Assembly (NCBI GenBank): GCA_049287305.1
Contig: JBAQFO010000012.1
Coordinates: 7,113-71,112, forward strand
Source of the DNA: Minisyncoccia bacterium
GTDB lineage: Bacteria; Patescibacteriota; Minisyncoccia; Phycocordibacterales; UBA9973
Direction: 5' to 3'
Length of the DNA: 64,000 bases
In this document: positions 25,525-35,730 of the stretch, one piece after another
Layout of the letters: each line of letters starts with the position of its first letter
Position numbering within the stretch: position 1 is the stretch's first letter
Notes under the pieces: model-generated
Seen by the model: the letters and a program-made list of their open reading frames with translations, nothing else
Databases searched by the model: none
What the model was told of the DNA's origin: nothing
Program-made: the position numbers and the translations under genes

Positions 25525-26313
25525 CTATATCTCTATTGAAACAGGACAGTGGTCGGAACCCATGACTTCGGGCAGAATTTTTGCAGACTTAATTTTTTTT
25601 GCGAGTTTTCCGGAAACAAAAATATAATCAATTCTCCAGCCTACGTTTCGCACGCGAGCATTGGCGAAATGGCTCCACCAGGAATAATGTCCGTTGCCTT
25701 CTGTGAAAATCCGGAAAGTGTCTACAAATCCTGCTTCTATTATTTTATCTATTCCTTCACGCTCTTCGTCGGTGAAGCCTTTGTTGCCGATATTTTCCTT
25801 AGGACGCGCCAAGTCGTCCTCTGTGTGTGCCACATTCAAATCCCCACAGAAAATTACGGGCTTTTTTTTCTCCAAACTAGTAACAAATTCCAAGAATGCC
25901 GGGTCCCATTGTTTGTGCCGGAGCGGGATGCGGGAGAGGTCGTCTTTGGCGTTCGGGGTGTAGACAGTGACCACATAAAAATCTTTAAATTCTGCCGCGA
26001 TTACTCGCCCTTCGGTGTTTGGGTCGCCGTAAGAATCTTCCAACTTGTATTTTTTTTCAATATTTTCGGGAAAGCCTAAAATTACGGATAAAGGCTTTGT
26101 TTTTGTGAATATAGCAGTGCCGCTGTAGCCTTTTCGGGTCGCCGAATTCCAGAACTCTTCGTATTCAGGCAAATCCACAACACTCTGATGTTGTTCAGCT
26201 TTCGTTTCCTGCAGGCACAAAATATCAGGGTTGTGTTTTTTAATGAAGGGCACAAAAAATCCCTTCTTGTGCACCGCCCGTATTCCGTTTACATTCCAGG
26301 AAATTATTTTCAT
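25525..26313 (-). CDS. xth: Exodeoxyribonuclease III (AP endonuclease)
   Basis: MKIISWNVNGIRA...CLQETK plus the C-terminal SDHCPV motif. Confidence 0.9.
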   Translation of the reverse strand: MKIISWNVNGIRAVHKKGFFVPFIKKHNPDILCLQETKAEQHQSVVDLPEYEEFWNSATRKGYSGTAIFTKTKPLSVILGFPENIEKKYKLEDSYGDPNTEGRVIAAEFKDFYVVTVYTPNAKDDLSRIPLRHKQWDPAFLEFVTSLEKKKPVIFCGDLNVAHTEDDLARPKENIGNKGFTDEEREGIDKIIEAGFVDTFRIFTEGNGHYSWWSHFANARVRNVGWRIDYIFVSGKLAKKIKSAKILPEVMGSDHCPVSIEI

Positions 26314-26351
26314 TAACTAATTTTAGCACATGAGGTCTTCTGATTGTAAAT

Positions 26352-27224
26352 ATGGTATTTTCGTGTTTTACTTTAGTAGTGATAACTTTAAATAACAAGA
26401 AAACTTTTCAGGCACTTATTCTAATTTTAATTTTCTCCTTCGCGGGGTTCCTGGTGTGGTATTTTGCCGTGAGTCCCGTAATCGAGGCTTCTTGGCAACA
26501 GCAGTTTGCCGTTCCTTCCGAGGCAATTTTCAATGGCAACATGGTTACTATTAAAAATGTGCGCAATTTTCGCTACTCTCCAACAGAGAAGGACCAGCAC
26601 CCGAATTATTACGATAAAACTTATGATTTAAGCACCGTAAAGGCCGTGTGGTATATATCCGAACCTTTTAACGAAAACAAACTGGCGGCACACACTTTTC
26701 TGTCTTTTGAATTTGAGAATGGGGATTTCTTGGCAATAACTATTGAGGCAAAAAAGAAAATTGGGCAAGAATACAGCACCTGGAAGGGAATCATGCGAAA
26801 TTATCCGCTTATGTATATAGCGACGGATGAACGGGATTCGGTGATGCTCCGAGCGAACGTTCGGCAGGATAAAGTTTACGTATATCCTGTAAAGCTTTCA
26901 AAGCCGGAAAACGCGGAGGCTCTGCTTACCGATATGCTGGTAAAAATGAATAAGCTAAACGAAGAACCTGAGTGGTATAACACTATTTGGCATAATTGCA
27001 CTTCGGAAATTGCCTATCACGTGAATCGCATAAGCGGGGACAGAATTTCATCTTATAGCTGGGAATATTTTATAACAAGCGAAGCGGATAAGTTTGCTTT
27101 AGAGAATGGCTTGCTTGACACCAAACTTACAATAGAGGATGCTCGAGAAAAATATTTAATTACCGAGAAGTCGCTCACTATAGGCGATGTTCTAGAATAT
27201 TCTAAATTAATAAGAGAAGAGTAG
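26352..27224 (+). CDS. Membrane-anchored protein, DUF4105-like
   Basis: N-terminal TM segment. A conserved WHNCTSEIAYHV-like segment is reminiscent of the Lnb N-terminal/DUF4105 family (from memory, moderate confidence). Confidence 0.5.
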   Translation: MVFSCFTLVVITLNNKKTFQALILILIFSFAGFLVWYFAVSPVIEASWQQQFAVPSEAIFNGNMVTIKNVRNFRYSPTEKDQHPNYYDKTYDLSTVKAVWYISEPFNENKLAAHTFLSFEFENGDFLAITIEAKKKIGQEYSTWKGIMRNYPLMYIATDERDSVMLRANVRQDKVYVYPVKLSKPENAEALLTDMLVKMNKLNEEPEWYNTIWHNCTSEIAYHVNRISGDRISSYSWEYFITSEADKFALENGLLDTKLTIEDAREKYLITEKSLTIGDVLEYSKLIREE

Positions 27225-27233
27225 AGAAAAAAT

Positions 27234-28142
27234 TTAAGGTTTGTTGTGAAATTTTTTATGAATGTCCCGTAGGTGCTTATCGGTGACGTGAGTATAAATT
27301 TGCGTGGTGCCAATATTGGCATGTCCAAGTATTGCTTGGACCGAACGCAGGTCAGCGCCGTTGCCGAGCAGGTCGGTGGCAAACATGTGTCTCATGACGT
27401 GCGGAGTAACCTTTTTGGAAATGCCTGCTTTGATTGCATGTTGTTTTACTATACGTTCAACCGATCTTTTGGTCAGAGGACTTGCTTCTCCTTTTTCTTT
27501 ACCCATTTGCACAAAGAGCGCCTCGCTCATATCTTTGCGAGCTCCAAGATATTTTTTTACAGCATCTTTCGCGTCTTCCGATATAAAAACTACCCGCACT
27601 TTTCCTCCCTTCCCGCGTATAGACAGCTCATCTGAATGTAGGTCTATATCCGAGGTTAGGGAACACAATTCGGAGACACGGAGACCAGTAGAAAACAAAA
27701 GTTCAAGAATTGCTTTGTCCCGCAGGTCTTTTAAGTCAGACCCGCTTGGAGACTTTAAAAGTCGGGACAACTCTAAATGAGTAATTAAATCCAGAGACCT
27801 TTCTCCCACTTTAGCGAGCTCTATTCTATCAGGAGACATGGAGCTTATATTTTCTCGCGCCAAGTATTTTAAAAATGCCCTAATAGCGATAAGGTAGTAA
27901 TTTTGAGTTTTTTTAGAAAGCGTATCTCCGGTAGCTTTGTTGTTGCCAGTTGACTGTCGGTTGAGCCATAGGCGGAATTCTCGAACTACGGTGTCGTTTA
28001 TTTTACCGGGGTCATCTAATTTTATATATTGTAGAAATACAGAAAGGTAGTGGTCATAATTTTCTACAGTCTTCAGGGCTCGTCCTTTTTCTATTTCTGT
28101 ATATTCCAAAAATTGGGTTTTTAGTTGCTTTAAGGATGCCAT
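27234..28142 (-). CDS. xerD: Tyrosine site-specific recombinase XerC/XerD
   Basis: Catalytic-domain signature RHMFATDLLGNGADLRSVQAILGHANIGTTQIYTHV. Confidence 0.85.
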   Translation of the reverse strand: MASLKQLKTQFLEYTEIEKGRALKTVENYDHYLSVFLQYIKLDDPGKINDTVVREFRLWLNRQSTGNNKATGDTLSKKTQNYYLIAIRAFLKYLARENISSMSPDRIELAKVGERSLDLITHLELSRLLKSPSGSDLKDLRDKAILELLFSTGLRVSELCSLTSDIDLHSDELSIRGKGGKVRVVFISEDAKDAVKKYLGARKDMSEALFVQMGKEKGEASPLTKRSVERIVKQHAIKAGISKKVTPHVMRHMFATDLLGNGADLRSVQAILGHANIGTTQIYTHVTDKHLRDIHKKFHNKP

Positions 28143-28219
28143 GTGATTATTTTAACACAAATATTGTGCGACACGCCCTCAACTTGCATTTTTAGCTATA
28201 TTATGCTAATATACGAAAC

Positions 28220-28483
28220 ATGTTAGCTACAAAGAAAAAACAAACAGTTATTAAGAAACATCAAATACACGACAAGGACACAGGGTCTCCCGAAGTTCAG
28301 GTGGCCGTTTTGTCTACCCAGATTGATGCTCTCGCGAAACATTTAAAGAAACACAAGAAAGATAACCATTCTCGCCGAGGTCTCATCAAGATGGTGGCCG
28401 ACCGACGCACTCATTTGAAATATTTAGAGCGAAAAGATAAGACTCGTTACAGCGCATTGGTGAAGAAAATGGATCTAGTGTAA
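28220..28483 (+). CDS. rpsO: 30S ribosomal protein S15
   Basis: GSPEVQVAVLSTQI...HKKDNHSRRGL...RRTHLKYL. Confidence 0.9.
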   Translation: MLATKKKQTVIKKHQIHDKDTGSPEVQVAVLSTQIDALAKHLKKHKKDNHSRRGLIKMVADRRTHLKYLERKDKTRYSALVKKMDLV

Positions 28484-28493
28484 TTAACTTATA

Positions 28494-28603
28494 GAAAGGT
28501 TGCGTGATTTTAGAGTACAGATTTTTTGAAGCTTAAAAAATCCTGAAGTTCTCGGCTCGTCAGCCTCGAAACCCTCTAGAATCACGCAACCTTTCTTTTT
28601 TAG
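28494..28603 (+). repeat. Roughly 60-nt conserved core enclosed by a 22-bp inverted repeat (terminator-like), copy 1
   Basis: gaaaggttgcgtgattttagag ... ctctagaatcacgcaacctttc encloses the core tacaGATTTTTTGAAGcTTAAAAAATCCTGAAgTT..CGGCTCG..AAACCC, and a T-run follows. A second copy of the core lies at 40721-40820. Confidence 0.5.
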
Positions 28604-28669
28604 TGCTATAATTTAGAAGGTTGAAACTTTTAATATTTTTATAACTTTTTAGTTTGAATTTTTTTATAT

Positions 28670-29179
28670 ATGACAGTCATAAAACATAAGGAGCAAAGGG
28701 TAGGAGTTTTCATAGATACTCAAAATGTTTATCACTCAGCTCGTAACCTGTATCAGGCACGGGTAAATTTCGGCGCGGTTTTGAAAGAGGCTGTGGCAGG
28801 CAGGAAGCTTGTGCGGGCGGTGGCATATGTTATCACCACGGAAGCAGGGGACGAAAAGAATTTCTTTGAAGCATTATCCAAGCTTGGGATTGAAACCAAA
28901 ACCAAAGATTTGCAAATATTCGCGGGAGGGGCGAAGAAGGCCGACTGGGATGTGGGGCTTGCCGTGGATGCCATTAAAATGTCTCCGCGCTTGGATTCCG
29001 TCGTCATCGTTTCCGGAGACGGGGATTTTATTCCGCTCGTGGAATATCTGCAGACTATCGGCGTGCAGGTTGAAGTCGTTTCCTTTGGCAAATCAACTTC
29101 CGGCAAACTCCGCGAAGCCGTGGATGATTTCGTGGATCTTTCCCTGGATCCGAAAAAATACTTAATGGGCACAAAATAA
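28670..29179 (+). CDS. NYN-domain / LabA-like (DUF88) protein
   Basis: VFIDTQN...DWDVGLAVDAI...VVIVSGDGDFIPLVEYL. Confidence 0.75.
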   Translation: MTVIKHKEQRVGVFIDTQNVYHSARNLYQARVNFGAVLKEAVAGRKLVRAVAYVITTEAGDEKNFFEALSKLGIETKTKDLQIFAGGAKKADWDVGLAVDAIKMSPRLDSVVIVSGDGDFIPLVEYLQTIGVQVEVVSFGKSTSGKLREAVDDFVDLSLDPKKYLMGTK

Positions 29180-29363
29180 TTCTGAAATAATTTCTTGCTT
29201 TTTGAAGGCAAAGTGCTAATCTAGAAAGGTACCTGCCTCGACAGCAAGGCGGGATTACCAGTTAATCAGTTCGCGTTCGGACATATAGTAGTGTTCTCAT
29301 TTTGAGGAACAATACTGCAGTTCGAACACGAACTCTACCCCAGGGGTTCCCTCGGGATAAAAT

Positions 29364-31475
29364 ATGCAAAAGAAAGAATATAGCGTGGAGATAGGAGGCA
29401 AGACAATGACCGCCCTTTTTACCGATTTGGCGGACCAGGCTCACGGTTCGGTGATATTAAAATATGGCGAGACTATAGTTCTGGCTACTGCTTGCATGTC
29501 TAAAGATAGTCAGGCGGGGCTGGGATTTTTTAACCTGACAGTTGATTACGCTGAGAAGTTTTACGCGGCGGGGAAGATTTTAGGCTCTCGTTTCGTTAGG
29601 CGCGAAGGCAAGCCCTCAGAAGAAGCTATTCTTGCCTGCCGAGTTATAGACCGAACTCTTCGCCCGCTTTTTGACCAGTCTATTCGTCACGCAGTGCAAG
29701 TGATTGTGACTGTTTTGTCTGTAGATGACAACGACCCTACTATTCTTGCGGTGAATGCCGCGTCGCTAGCGCTATCTGTTTCTAATATCCCATGGGCGGG
29801 TCCTGTCGGCTGCGTGCGTATCGGAAAATATGACGATGACACATTTAAGATAAATCCTCCGCAGTCTTTGCGCCTGGATGACACTCTTTATAAGTTTGAC
29901 CTGACTGTTTGCGGTAAGAACGGAAACATAAACATGATTGAAGCTTCCGCTCACCAGAGCAATGAGAACGAACTTGAAGAAGCGCTCAAGGTGGCAAGCG
30001 CGGAGATATCAAAAATAGAAGAATTCCAAAAGAAAATCGTTGCGGAAATTGGGAAGGCTAAGAGAGAGATTGAGAAAGAAACAGTCTCCGCCGAGTCGGT
30101 CGCGTTATTTAATGGAAACATTTTACCTAAAATGGAAGACGCTATTTTTGCGGGCGCAGGAAAAGAAAAAATTGATGCCTTACATACCGAATGGAATAAT
30201 CTCGTAAGAGAAAAGTTTCCGGAACAAAAAAGCTTTTCGGAAGAGGATGCTCTTTTTGACGATACTGAAAACGATATTCTTCACCAAAAAGCTGTCAAAG
30301 AAAATAAGCGTGCCGACGGAAGGAAAATGGACGAGGTGCGAGACCTGTATGCGCAAGCTGGCGGACTCTCTAGCCAGTTGCACGGCTCCGGAATATTTTA
30401 TCGCGGAGGAACGCACGTGCTTTCGGTCTTAACACTCGGAGGACCCGAAGACAGAAATCTCGTAGATGGTCTTCAGTTAAAAGTTGAAAAAAGATTTATG
30501 CATCATTACAACTTTCCTCCTTACTCAGCGGGAGAAGTTGGCAGGTCCGGATTTACCAATCGTCGCGAAGTAGGACACGGAGCATTGGCGGAAAAAGCTC
30601 TTTCAATGGTGCTCCCTCCTGTTTCGGAATTCCCTTATACGATGCGCTTGGTTTCCGAATCCATGGCGTCCAACGGCTCAACTTCTCAAGCTTCAATCTG
30701 CGCTTCGTCGCTGGCGCTAATGGACGGCGGGGTGCCAATACTCGCGCCGGTAGCGGGAATTGCAATGGGCCTTATGTATGAAAGCGATAACAAGTATAAA
30801 ATTTTGACAGACATCCAGGGACCAGAAGACCACCATGGGGATATGGATTTTAAAATCGCGGGAACACGAAATGGGGTAACGGCGATTCAGCTAGACGTAA
30901 AAGTTGAGGGCGTGCCGATAAAAATATTAGGAGAAGCGATGAAGCAAGCCAAGACCGCCCGTGCAACTATCCTGGACCGCATAGAAAAAGAAATTCCAAA
31001 ACCGCGCGCAGCAATTTCTCAAAACGCGCCGACAATACTTATTATAAAAATTAATCCAGATAAAATAGGTATGGTTATTGGGGGCGGAGGAAAAACTATC
31101 AAAGAAATCAAGGAAAAAACCGGGGCGGAAATAACAATTGACGACGATGGAACCGTATACCTCACGGGGAAAAATGGCGCGGCGGAAAAGGCTAAGGAAA
31201 TAGTGGAGTCAATGACCCACGAATTTAAAGTAGGCGAAGTGTTGAAAGGTGAAGTCGTGAAGATTGCGGACTTCGGAGCTTTCGTGGCGCTTAATCCATT
31301 TACCGACGGGATGGTTCACATATCTGAGCTTGCCCCGTTTCGTGTAGAGCGAGTTTCAGATATAATAAAGGAAGGAATGATTGTGCCGGTGAAAGTCATA
31401 AGTGTTGACTCGGAAAGAGGAAAGATAGGTTTGTCCATAAAGGAAGCCAATCCGGAATTTTTCAAGAAGGCATAA
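29364..31475 (+). CDS. pnp: Polynucleotide phosphorylase
   Basis: 703 aa with duplicated RNase PH domains and C-terminal KH plus S1 domains. Confidence 0.95.
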   Translation: MQKKEYSVEIGGKTMTALFTDLADQAHGSVILKYGETIVLATACMSKDSQAGLGFFNLTVDYAEKFYAAGKILGSRFVRREGKPSEEAILACRVIDRTLRPLFDQSIRHAVQVIVTVLSVDDNDPTILAVNAASLALSVSNIPWAGPVGCVRIGKYDDDTFKINPPQSLRLDDTLYKFDLTVCGKNGNINMIEASAHQSNENELEEALKVASAEISKIEEFQKKIVAEIGKAKREIEKETVSAESVALFNGNILPKMEDAIFAGAGKEKIDALHTEWNNLVREKFPEQKSFSEEDALFDDTENDILHQKAVKENKRADGRKMDEVRDLYAQAGGLSSQLHGSGIFYRGGTHVLSVLTLGGPEDRNLVDGLQLKVEKRFMHHYNFPPYSAGEVGRSGFTNRREVGHGALAEKALSMVLPPVSEFPYTMRLVSESMASNGSTSQASICASSLALMDGGVPILAPVAGIAMGLMYESDNKYKILTDIQGPEDHHGDMDFKIAGTRNGVTAIQLDVKVEGVPIKILGEAMKQAKTARATILDRIEKEIPKPRAAISQNAPTILIIKINPDKIGMVIGGGGKTIKEIKEKTGAEITIDDDGTVYLTGKNGAAEKAKEIVESMTHEFKVGEVLKGEVVKIADFGAFVALNPFTDGMVHISELAPFRVERVSDIIKEGMIVPVKVISVDSERGKIGLSIKEANPEFFKKA

Positions 31476-31494
31476 AACCAAGCTTTAAACTCAA

Positions 31495-32367
31495 ATGGAA
31501 CCAGATAAAAAATTACCCAAGATGGTTGTAGAAACTTACGCTGAAGACATGGCGGAAGTTCTTGAGAATGACAGAGAGGGGCTGGTGAAAAAAATAATTC
31601 ACGGACAAGAGGAAGAGGAGGCCCGAAAGAAAAATCTGTCTCCAGAATCAAGGCAAAACAAGCTTTTCATGGAGGTCAGCATATTCTTACTTATCCTTGG
31701 GGTAGCAACCTTGGTATATTTTATGTTGAATAGCGGGCCAAAAACCGTTCCGGTAGAAAAGCAGTTCACGCCGATTATCTTCAACGACAAAACTTCATTC
31801 ATTGAAGTTTCTGAATTAAAAAAAGAAGCCCTGGAACAAACGGTTTTAAATCAAATAAATAAAACCTCGGTAAAAACCCGCGGGGTAGAAGGAGTTTATC
31901 TTACTTTTGGCAGTCAAAGGGTTGGGTTGAGGCAATTTTTAACCCTAATAAAAAGCAGCCTGGTCTTGCCAAAGCAGGAAGAACTAGTGAGCGATGATTT
32001 CTTGATGGGTGTTGTGAATGTTGGAGCGGAAGAGGGGAGCACTAATCGCGATGGCTTCTTTATTCTTATAAAAGTTCGCAATGTCATTGACATATTCGAT
32101 TCCATGCGGGCTTGGGAGCCAAAAATGTTTCTGGACCTATACGGATTCCTTGGATACCAATTAAATCCGGATACTTCCTACCTCCTGACAAAAGATTTCG
32201 AAGAGGGAATAGTGGAAAACAAAAACGCTCGGCTTCTCTACGATAAAGACAAAAACTTGGTGCTTATGTATGTATTTGGTGACGACAACTCTGTCATTGT
32301 CACCAACTCCGAAGATGCCGTAAAAGAAATTGTCCTCCGTATAGCTTCAAAGAAAACTAAAGAATAA
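31495..32367 (+). CDS. Hypothetical single-TM protein
   Basis: 290-aa ORF with one TM segment (IFLLILGVATLVYFML) and no motif. Confidence 0.55.
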   Translation: MEPDKKLPKMVVETYAEDMAEVLENDREGLVKKIIHGQEEEEARKKNLSPESRQNKLFMEVSIFLLILGVATLVYFMLNSGPKTVPVEKQFTPIIFNDKTSFIEVSELKKEALEQTVLNQINKTSVKTRGVEGVYLTFGSQRVGLRQFLTLIKSSLVLPKQEELVSDDFLMGVVNVGAEEGSTNRDGFFILIKVRNVIDIFDSMRAWEPKMFLDLYGFLGYQLNPDTSYLLTKDFEEGIVENKNARLLYDKDKNLVLMYVFGDDNSVIVTNSEDAVKEIVLRIASKKTKE

Positions 32368-32379
32368 GAATATAAGAGA

Positions 32380-33996
32380 CTAAACAATAGGTAATTCCAC
32401 GTAGAATTGTGACCCTTTTCCTGCGCCTTCGGACTCGGCCCACACTTTGCCTTTATGGGCTTCTACCACCATTTTCACTGTAAATAGCCCGTATCCCGTA
32501 GAATCCACATTTACTTTTATAGATTCTTTTCCGCGTCCTCCCTCGGTGAAAAGGTTATGCTTGTCTTCCTCTGTTATTCCGAGACCGGTATCTTTCACAG
32601 ACAGCAGAATTTTCCCTCCATCTGACAATGCCACAGAAATTGTTCCTTCCTTGGTGTATTTAATAGAATTTTCAATTAAATTACTAACCACTTCTTTTAG
32701 CCAAAAAGCATCTCCGACAACTTTGTAGGTATCTTTTTCAATATGTAATTCCAGTTTCAAGCCTTTTGCTTCCACCCCAAGCCTTTTTTCATCTACTGTT
32801 TTAAGGACAACTTCTTTGAAATCCAGTTCCCTCATTTCGTATTTTATAAGGCCATTTTGCAAGTTGGCTACGTTCAGCACCAAGTCTACTGTTTGTATTC
32901 CGCCATCGTCAAATTCCAACCCCTGCTCGGCCACTTTTCTAACATCCGGATTTATGTCCCCGAAAGTCCCATCCAAAAGTCCGGCAAAAATAAATTTGGT
33001 GCGGGTGAACGAGCCCTTAACCTTGTGGGTGATGAGGTGAACCAAAGACTCTCTTTGCTTGATTAATATTTGTAAGTTCTCGTTTAGTCTGGCAAGCTCT
33101 TCCTTCTGCCTTACTTCTTTGATTACGGATTTTATCAACAAATCTCCGGAAATAGTCACCAAGATTAAAGTAAGAGCGGTAACTATGCGGACGTTTTCAA
33201 TGTTTCTTATAAAAAGAATACCCAGAACTATTATCCAAATGCTGGCCATCAGCACTTGAGTGGCTATAAGTTTCATTTTGAAAGTTTTAAAGCGGACAAT
33301 CATGTAAGCAATGAAGGCAACAAAAATAGGCATACCGACAAGCCCAGCTTGGGCAATAGTCCAATTTTCGGTGAAGCTTCCAATGATGTTTCCCGAGGAA
33401 AAAGCGATTAAAAATAACACTACACCAATCCCGAAAATAGTTATTTCCGATTTCCGATTTCCGGCCTTTTTATATTGCATAGCCACAAATATTACTATTC
33501 CGAGGATAGAAACAGCTTCAAAAATATAGGTATAGTATTGAGCGATAAATCCTTCTATTGCTGTGCAGTAGCTCAAATCAACCCCTATTAAGTTAAAAGG
33601 AGAGGCCAAAAAAAGTGCGATCGGGGAATATGCCAATAGACCTAACAACTTTGCTTTTAATCCCAAGTCCTGATTCTTAACAAATAAATATGTTATATAG
33701 AAACCAAGCAGATAAATGAGTGGTTCTATCAAAATTTGTAGCGACCAGAAAAACATTACCACATCCGGTCTGTTTGTTGCCCAAAGAATAAGGTCAAATA
33801 TAGCCCAAACAGAGAAAAGCAGGTTTATAATCAGGATTGTTGTGCCGACTCTGGATTTACCGCTTTTAAAAAATACCAACAATCCAACAAAGAGTGCAAC
33901 AATGACGGCGGGGATGTGAGAATAGAAAAAAAGAGTCGGGATGTTGGAGGAATATATAAAATATTGAGGCGCATCCCAGGGGCACAAAAGTTCCAT
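32380..33996 (-). CDS. Sensor histidine kinase with polytopic N-terminal membrane domain
   Basis: HisKA His-box HLITHKVKGSF and a HATPase_c domain with N, G1 and G2 boxes (NLIENSIKYT, DTGLGI, GYGLF). No response regulator gene in the window. Confidence 0.8.
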   Translation of the reverse strand: MELLCPWDAPQYFIYSSNIPTLFFYSHIPAVIVALFVGLLVFFKSGKSRVGTTILIINLLFSVWAIFDLILWATNRPDVVMFFWSLQILIEPLIYLLGFYITYLFVKNQDLGLKAKLLGLLAYSPIALFLASPFNLIGVDLSYCTAIEGFIAQYYTYIFEAVSILGIVIFVAMQYKKAGNRKSEITIFGIGVVLFLIAFSSGNIIGSFTENWTIAQAGLVGMPIFVAFIAYMIVRFKTFKMKLIATQVLMASIWIIVLGILFIRNIENVRIVTALTLILVTISGDLLIKSVIKEVRQKEELARLNENLQILIKQRESLVHLITHKVKGSFTRTKFIFAGLLDGTFGDINPDVRKVAEQGLEFDDGGIQTVDLVLNVANLQNGLIKYEMRELDFKEVVLKTVDEKRLGVEAKGLKLELHIEKDTYKVVGDAFWLKEVVSNLIENSIKYTKEGTISVALSDGGKILLSVKDTGLGITEEDKHNLFTEGGRGKESIKVNVDSTGYGLFTVKMVVEAHKGKVWAESEGAGKGSQFYVELPIV

Positions 33997-34018
33997 GTTT
34001 ATATTCTACACGTAAAGG

Positions 34019-34951
34019 TTAATAATTGGAAGCCGAATACAAGAAATAGCTACCTATGACTATAATCAAGATTGAAACCAGTTTGTGGACCAGATGTTTT
34101 CGCGATATTTTTTCTATTGATATATTCGGAAGGAATACAGTGAGAAATATTCCAATAATAAAGACAAAAAGAGGTTGGTAGCTGCTAACAACCAAAACCA
34201 CAGCCACTGGAGCCAAAAGAGTCGCAAAATTATTAGCCAAATTGCCTATTATGTATAAAACTTCTCCGGCAACATTTAAAGAAAAAATTTTTATTCCTGA
34301 ATGGGAAAACATTTCCGTAAAATCGTTCCTGAATTTTTTAACAAAAATAAATATGAATACTCCCACAATACAAAGACTCACATATTGCCAAAAAACAGCT
34401 ATCCAAAAACTCTCTACCAAGGCCACTTTTTTAAAGAGCGTGTCGTGGAGGGCAAAGAGGAAAGAGGAAATGGTTATGAGAACTAGCACTTTTGTTTTTA
34501 GGCTGACATTATTGTCGGCGTCAATTTCTATGGTTAAGGCGATAATGCCGAACATTATAAGGAGGGAAGCGAAAAGTTGAGAAGTGTTTAACGACTCTCC
34601 CAGAATGAAATAACTCAGGAAGTAGCCAAACACAGGCACCAGCTGAAATAGGGGCACTACGATAGAAGCCTCTTCTTCGTTCATTCCTTCTAGATAAAAA
34701 TACAAAGCTCCGGCACTTAAAAACCCGACAAAAAGCAGGGTCCACAAATCAAGGCTGCTTATATCGAATAGAGTAGAATGGTAAAAATAAACAAGAAAAG
34801 GCAAAACAAGGACAGATGAAAGGGCAGAGAATATAAACAAGGCGCCGACACCTCTGCTTTTTAAGTATTTTGAGAGTAAATATTTATCAAGGTGATTGAC
34901 TATGCTCCAGAGTAGGGGGGCTATTAAGGCAATAAGGAACCAGTTTGACAT
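34019..34951 (-). CDS. EamA/DMT-family transporter
   Basis: 10 TM segments in two EamA-like repeats. Confidence 0.75.
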   Translation of the reverse strand: MSNWFLIALIAPLLWSIVNHLDKYLLSKYLKSRGVGALFIFSALSSVLVLPFLVYFYHSTLFDISSLDLWTLLFVGFLSAGALYFYLEGMNEEEASIVVPLFQLVPVFGYFLSYFILGESLNTSQLFASLLIMFGIIALTIEIDADNNVSLKTKVLVLITISSFLFALHDTLFKKVALVESFWIAVFWQYVSLCIVGVFIFIFVKKFRNDFTEMFSHSGIKIFSLNVAGEVLYIIGNLANNFATLLAPVAVVLVVSSYQPLFVFIIGIFLTVFLPNISIEKISRKHLVHKLVSILIIVIGSYFLYSASNY

Positions 34952-34954
34952 AAA

Positions 34955-35143
34955 TTATTCAGGAAGCTCTTCGGTTATTTCGTCTCCACCAACCGCCTCA
35001 TCTTCTGGAACTTCTTCGGTAATTGTGAAATTTCCGTCTATAAAAGATCTTTTGTAAGTAAAAAAAACAGAGACCAGCACTATTAGTATGAAAATGGCAA
35101 TCAAAGTCTTTGATTTATTGTCCATTTCGTTATTATACCACAA
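34955..35143 (-). CDS. Small membrane protein with acidic C-terminal tail
   Basis: 62 aa with one TM segment; lies 3 nt upstream of the EamA gene. Confidence 0.4.
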   Translation of the reverse strand: MWYNNEMDNKSKTLIAIFILIVLVSVFFTYKRSFIDGNFTITEEVPEDEAVGGDEITEELPE

Positions 35144-35169
35144 AAATTAAAACGTGATATCATGAAGCC

Positions 35170-35730
35170 ATGAATATTGAGGTGGAAATAAAGGTAAAGG
35201 TAGACAACTTAGCCGAAATTAAAGAAAAAGTTTCTAAAATAGGTCATCTTGTAAAAGCGATAAAGCAAATAGATGATTATTATATTCCCATACACAGGAA
35301 TTTTTTTACAAACAAGCCTCATCCTGTAGAATACCTAAGAGTAAGGACCAATCCCGATAAGGTTGTTTTGGAATATACTAAAGCAATAAACAAAAGAGAA
35401 GACGGAGATTATGATTATGCGGAAGAATACGAAACGGAGATTTTAGATAAGGGAGAGCTGGAGAAGATTCTTGGATTTATGGATTTCAAAATGGTTGTGA
35501 CGGTAGAAAAAGACCGGGAATACTGGATGTGCGATAAAGTTGAGATGGCTCTGGATAGTGTTAAAAACTTAGGCACATACATTGAAGCGGAAGCAAAAGG
35601 GGATTTTAGCAACGAGAAAGAAGCTAGGGCAGAGTGTATAAGATTTTTGGAAAATCTTGGAATAAAGGATGCGGAGAATACTCAGGTCAAAAAAGGATAT
35701 CCGGAGTTGCTTTTTGAAAAGCTGGATTAA
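35170..35730 (+). CDS. CYTH-domain protein (CyaB-like class IV adenylate cyclase / triphosphatase fold)
   Basis: N-terminal EVEIKVKV and the alternating acidic/basic beta-strand pattern of CYTH domains. Confidence 0.65.
   Translation: MNIEVEIKVKVDNLAEIKEKVSKIGHLVKAIKQIDDYYIPIHRNFFTNKPHPVEYLRVRTNPDKVVLEYTKAINKREDGDYDYAEEYETEILDKGELEKILGFMDFKMVVTVEKDREYWMCDKVEMALDSVKNLGTYIEAEAKGDFSNEKEARAECIRFLENLGIKDAENTQVKKGYPELLFEKLD

Noticed and set aside
27234-28142. Tyrosine recombinase as part of an integrated mobile element
   Set aside because: The sequence is canonical XerC/XerD with housekeeping neighbours (rpsO, xth), and no flanking repeats were seen. Treated as the chromosomal dimer-resolution recombinase.
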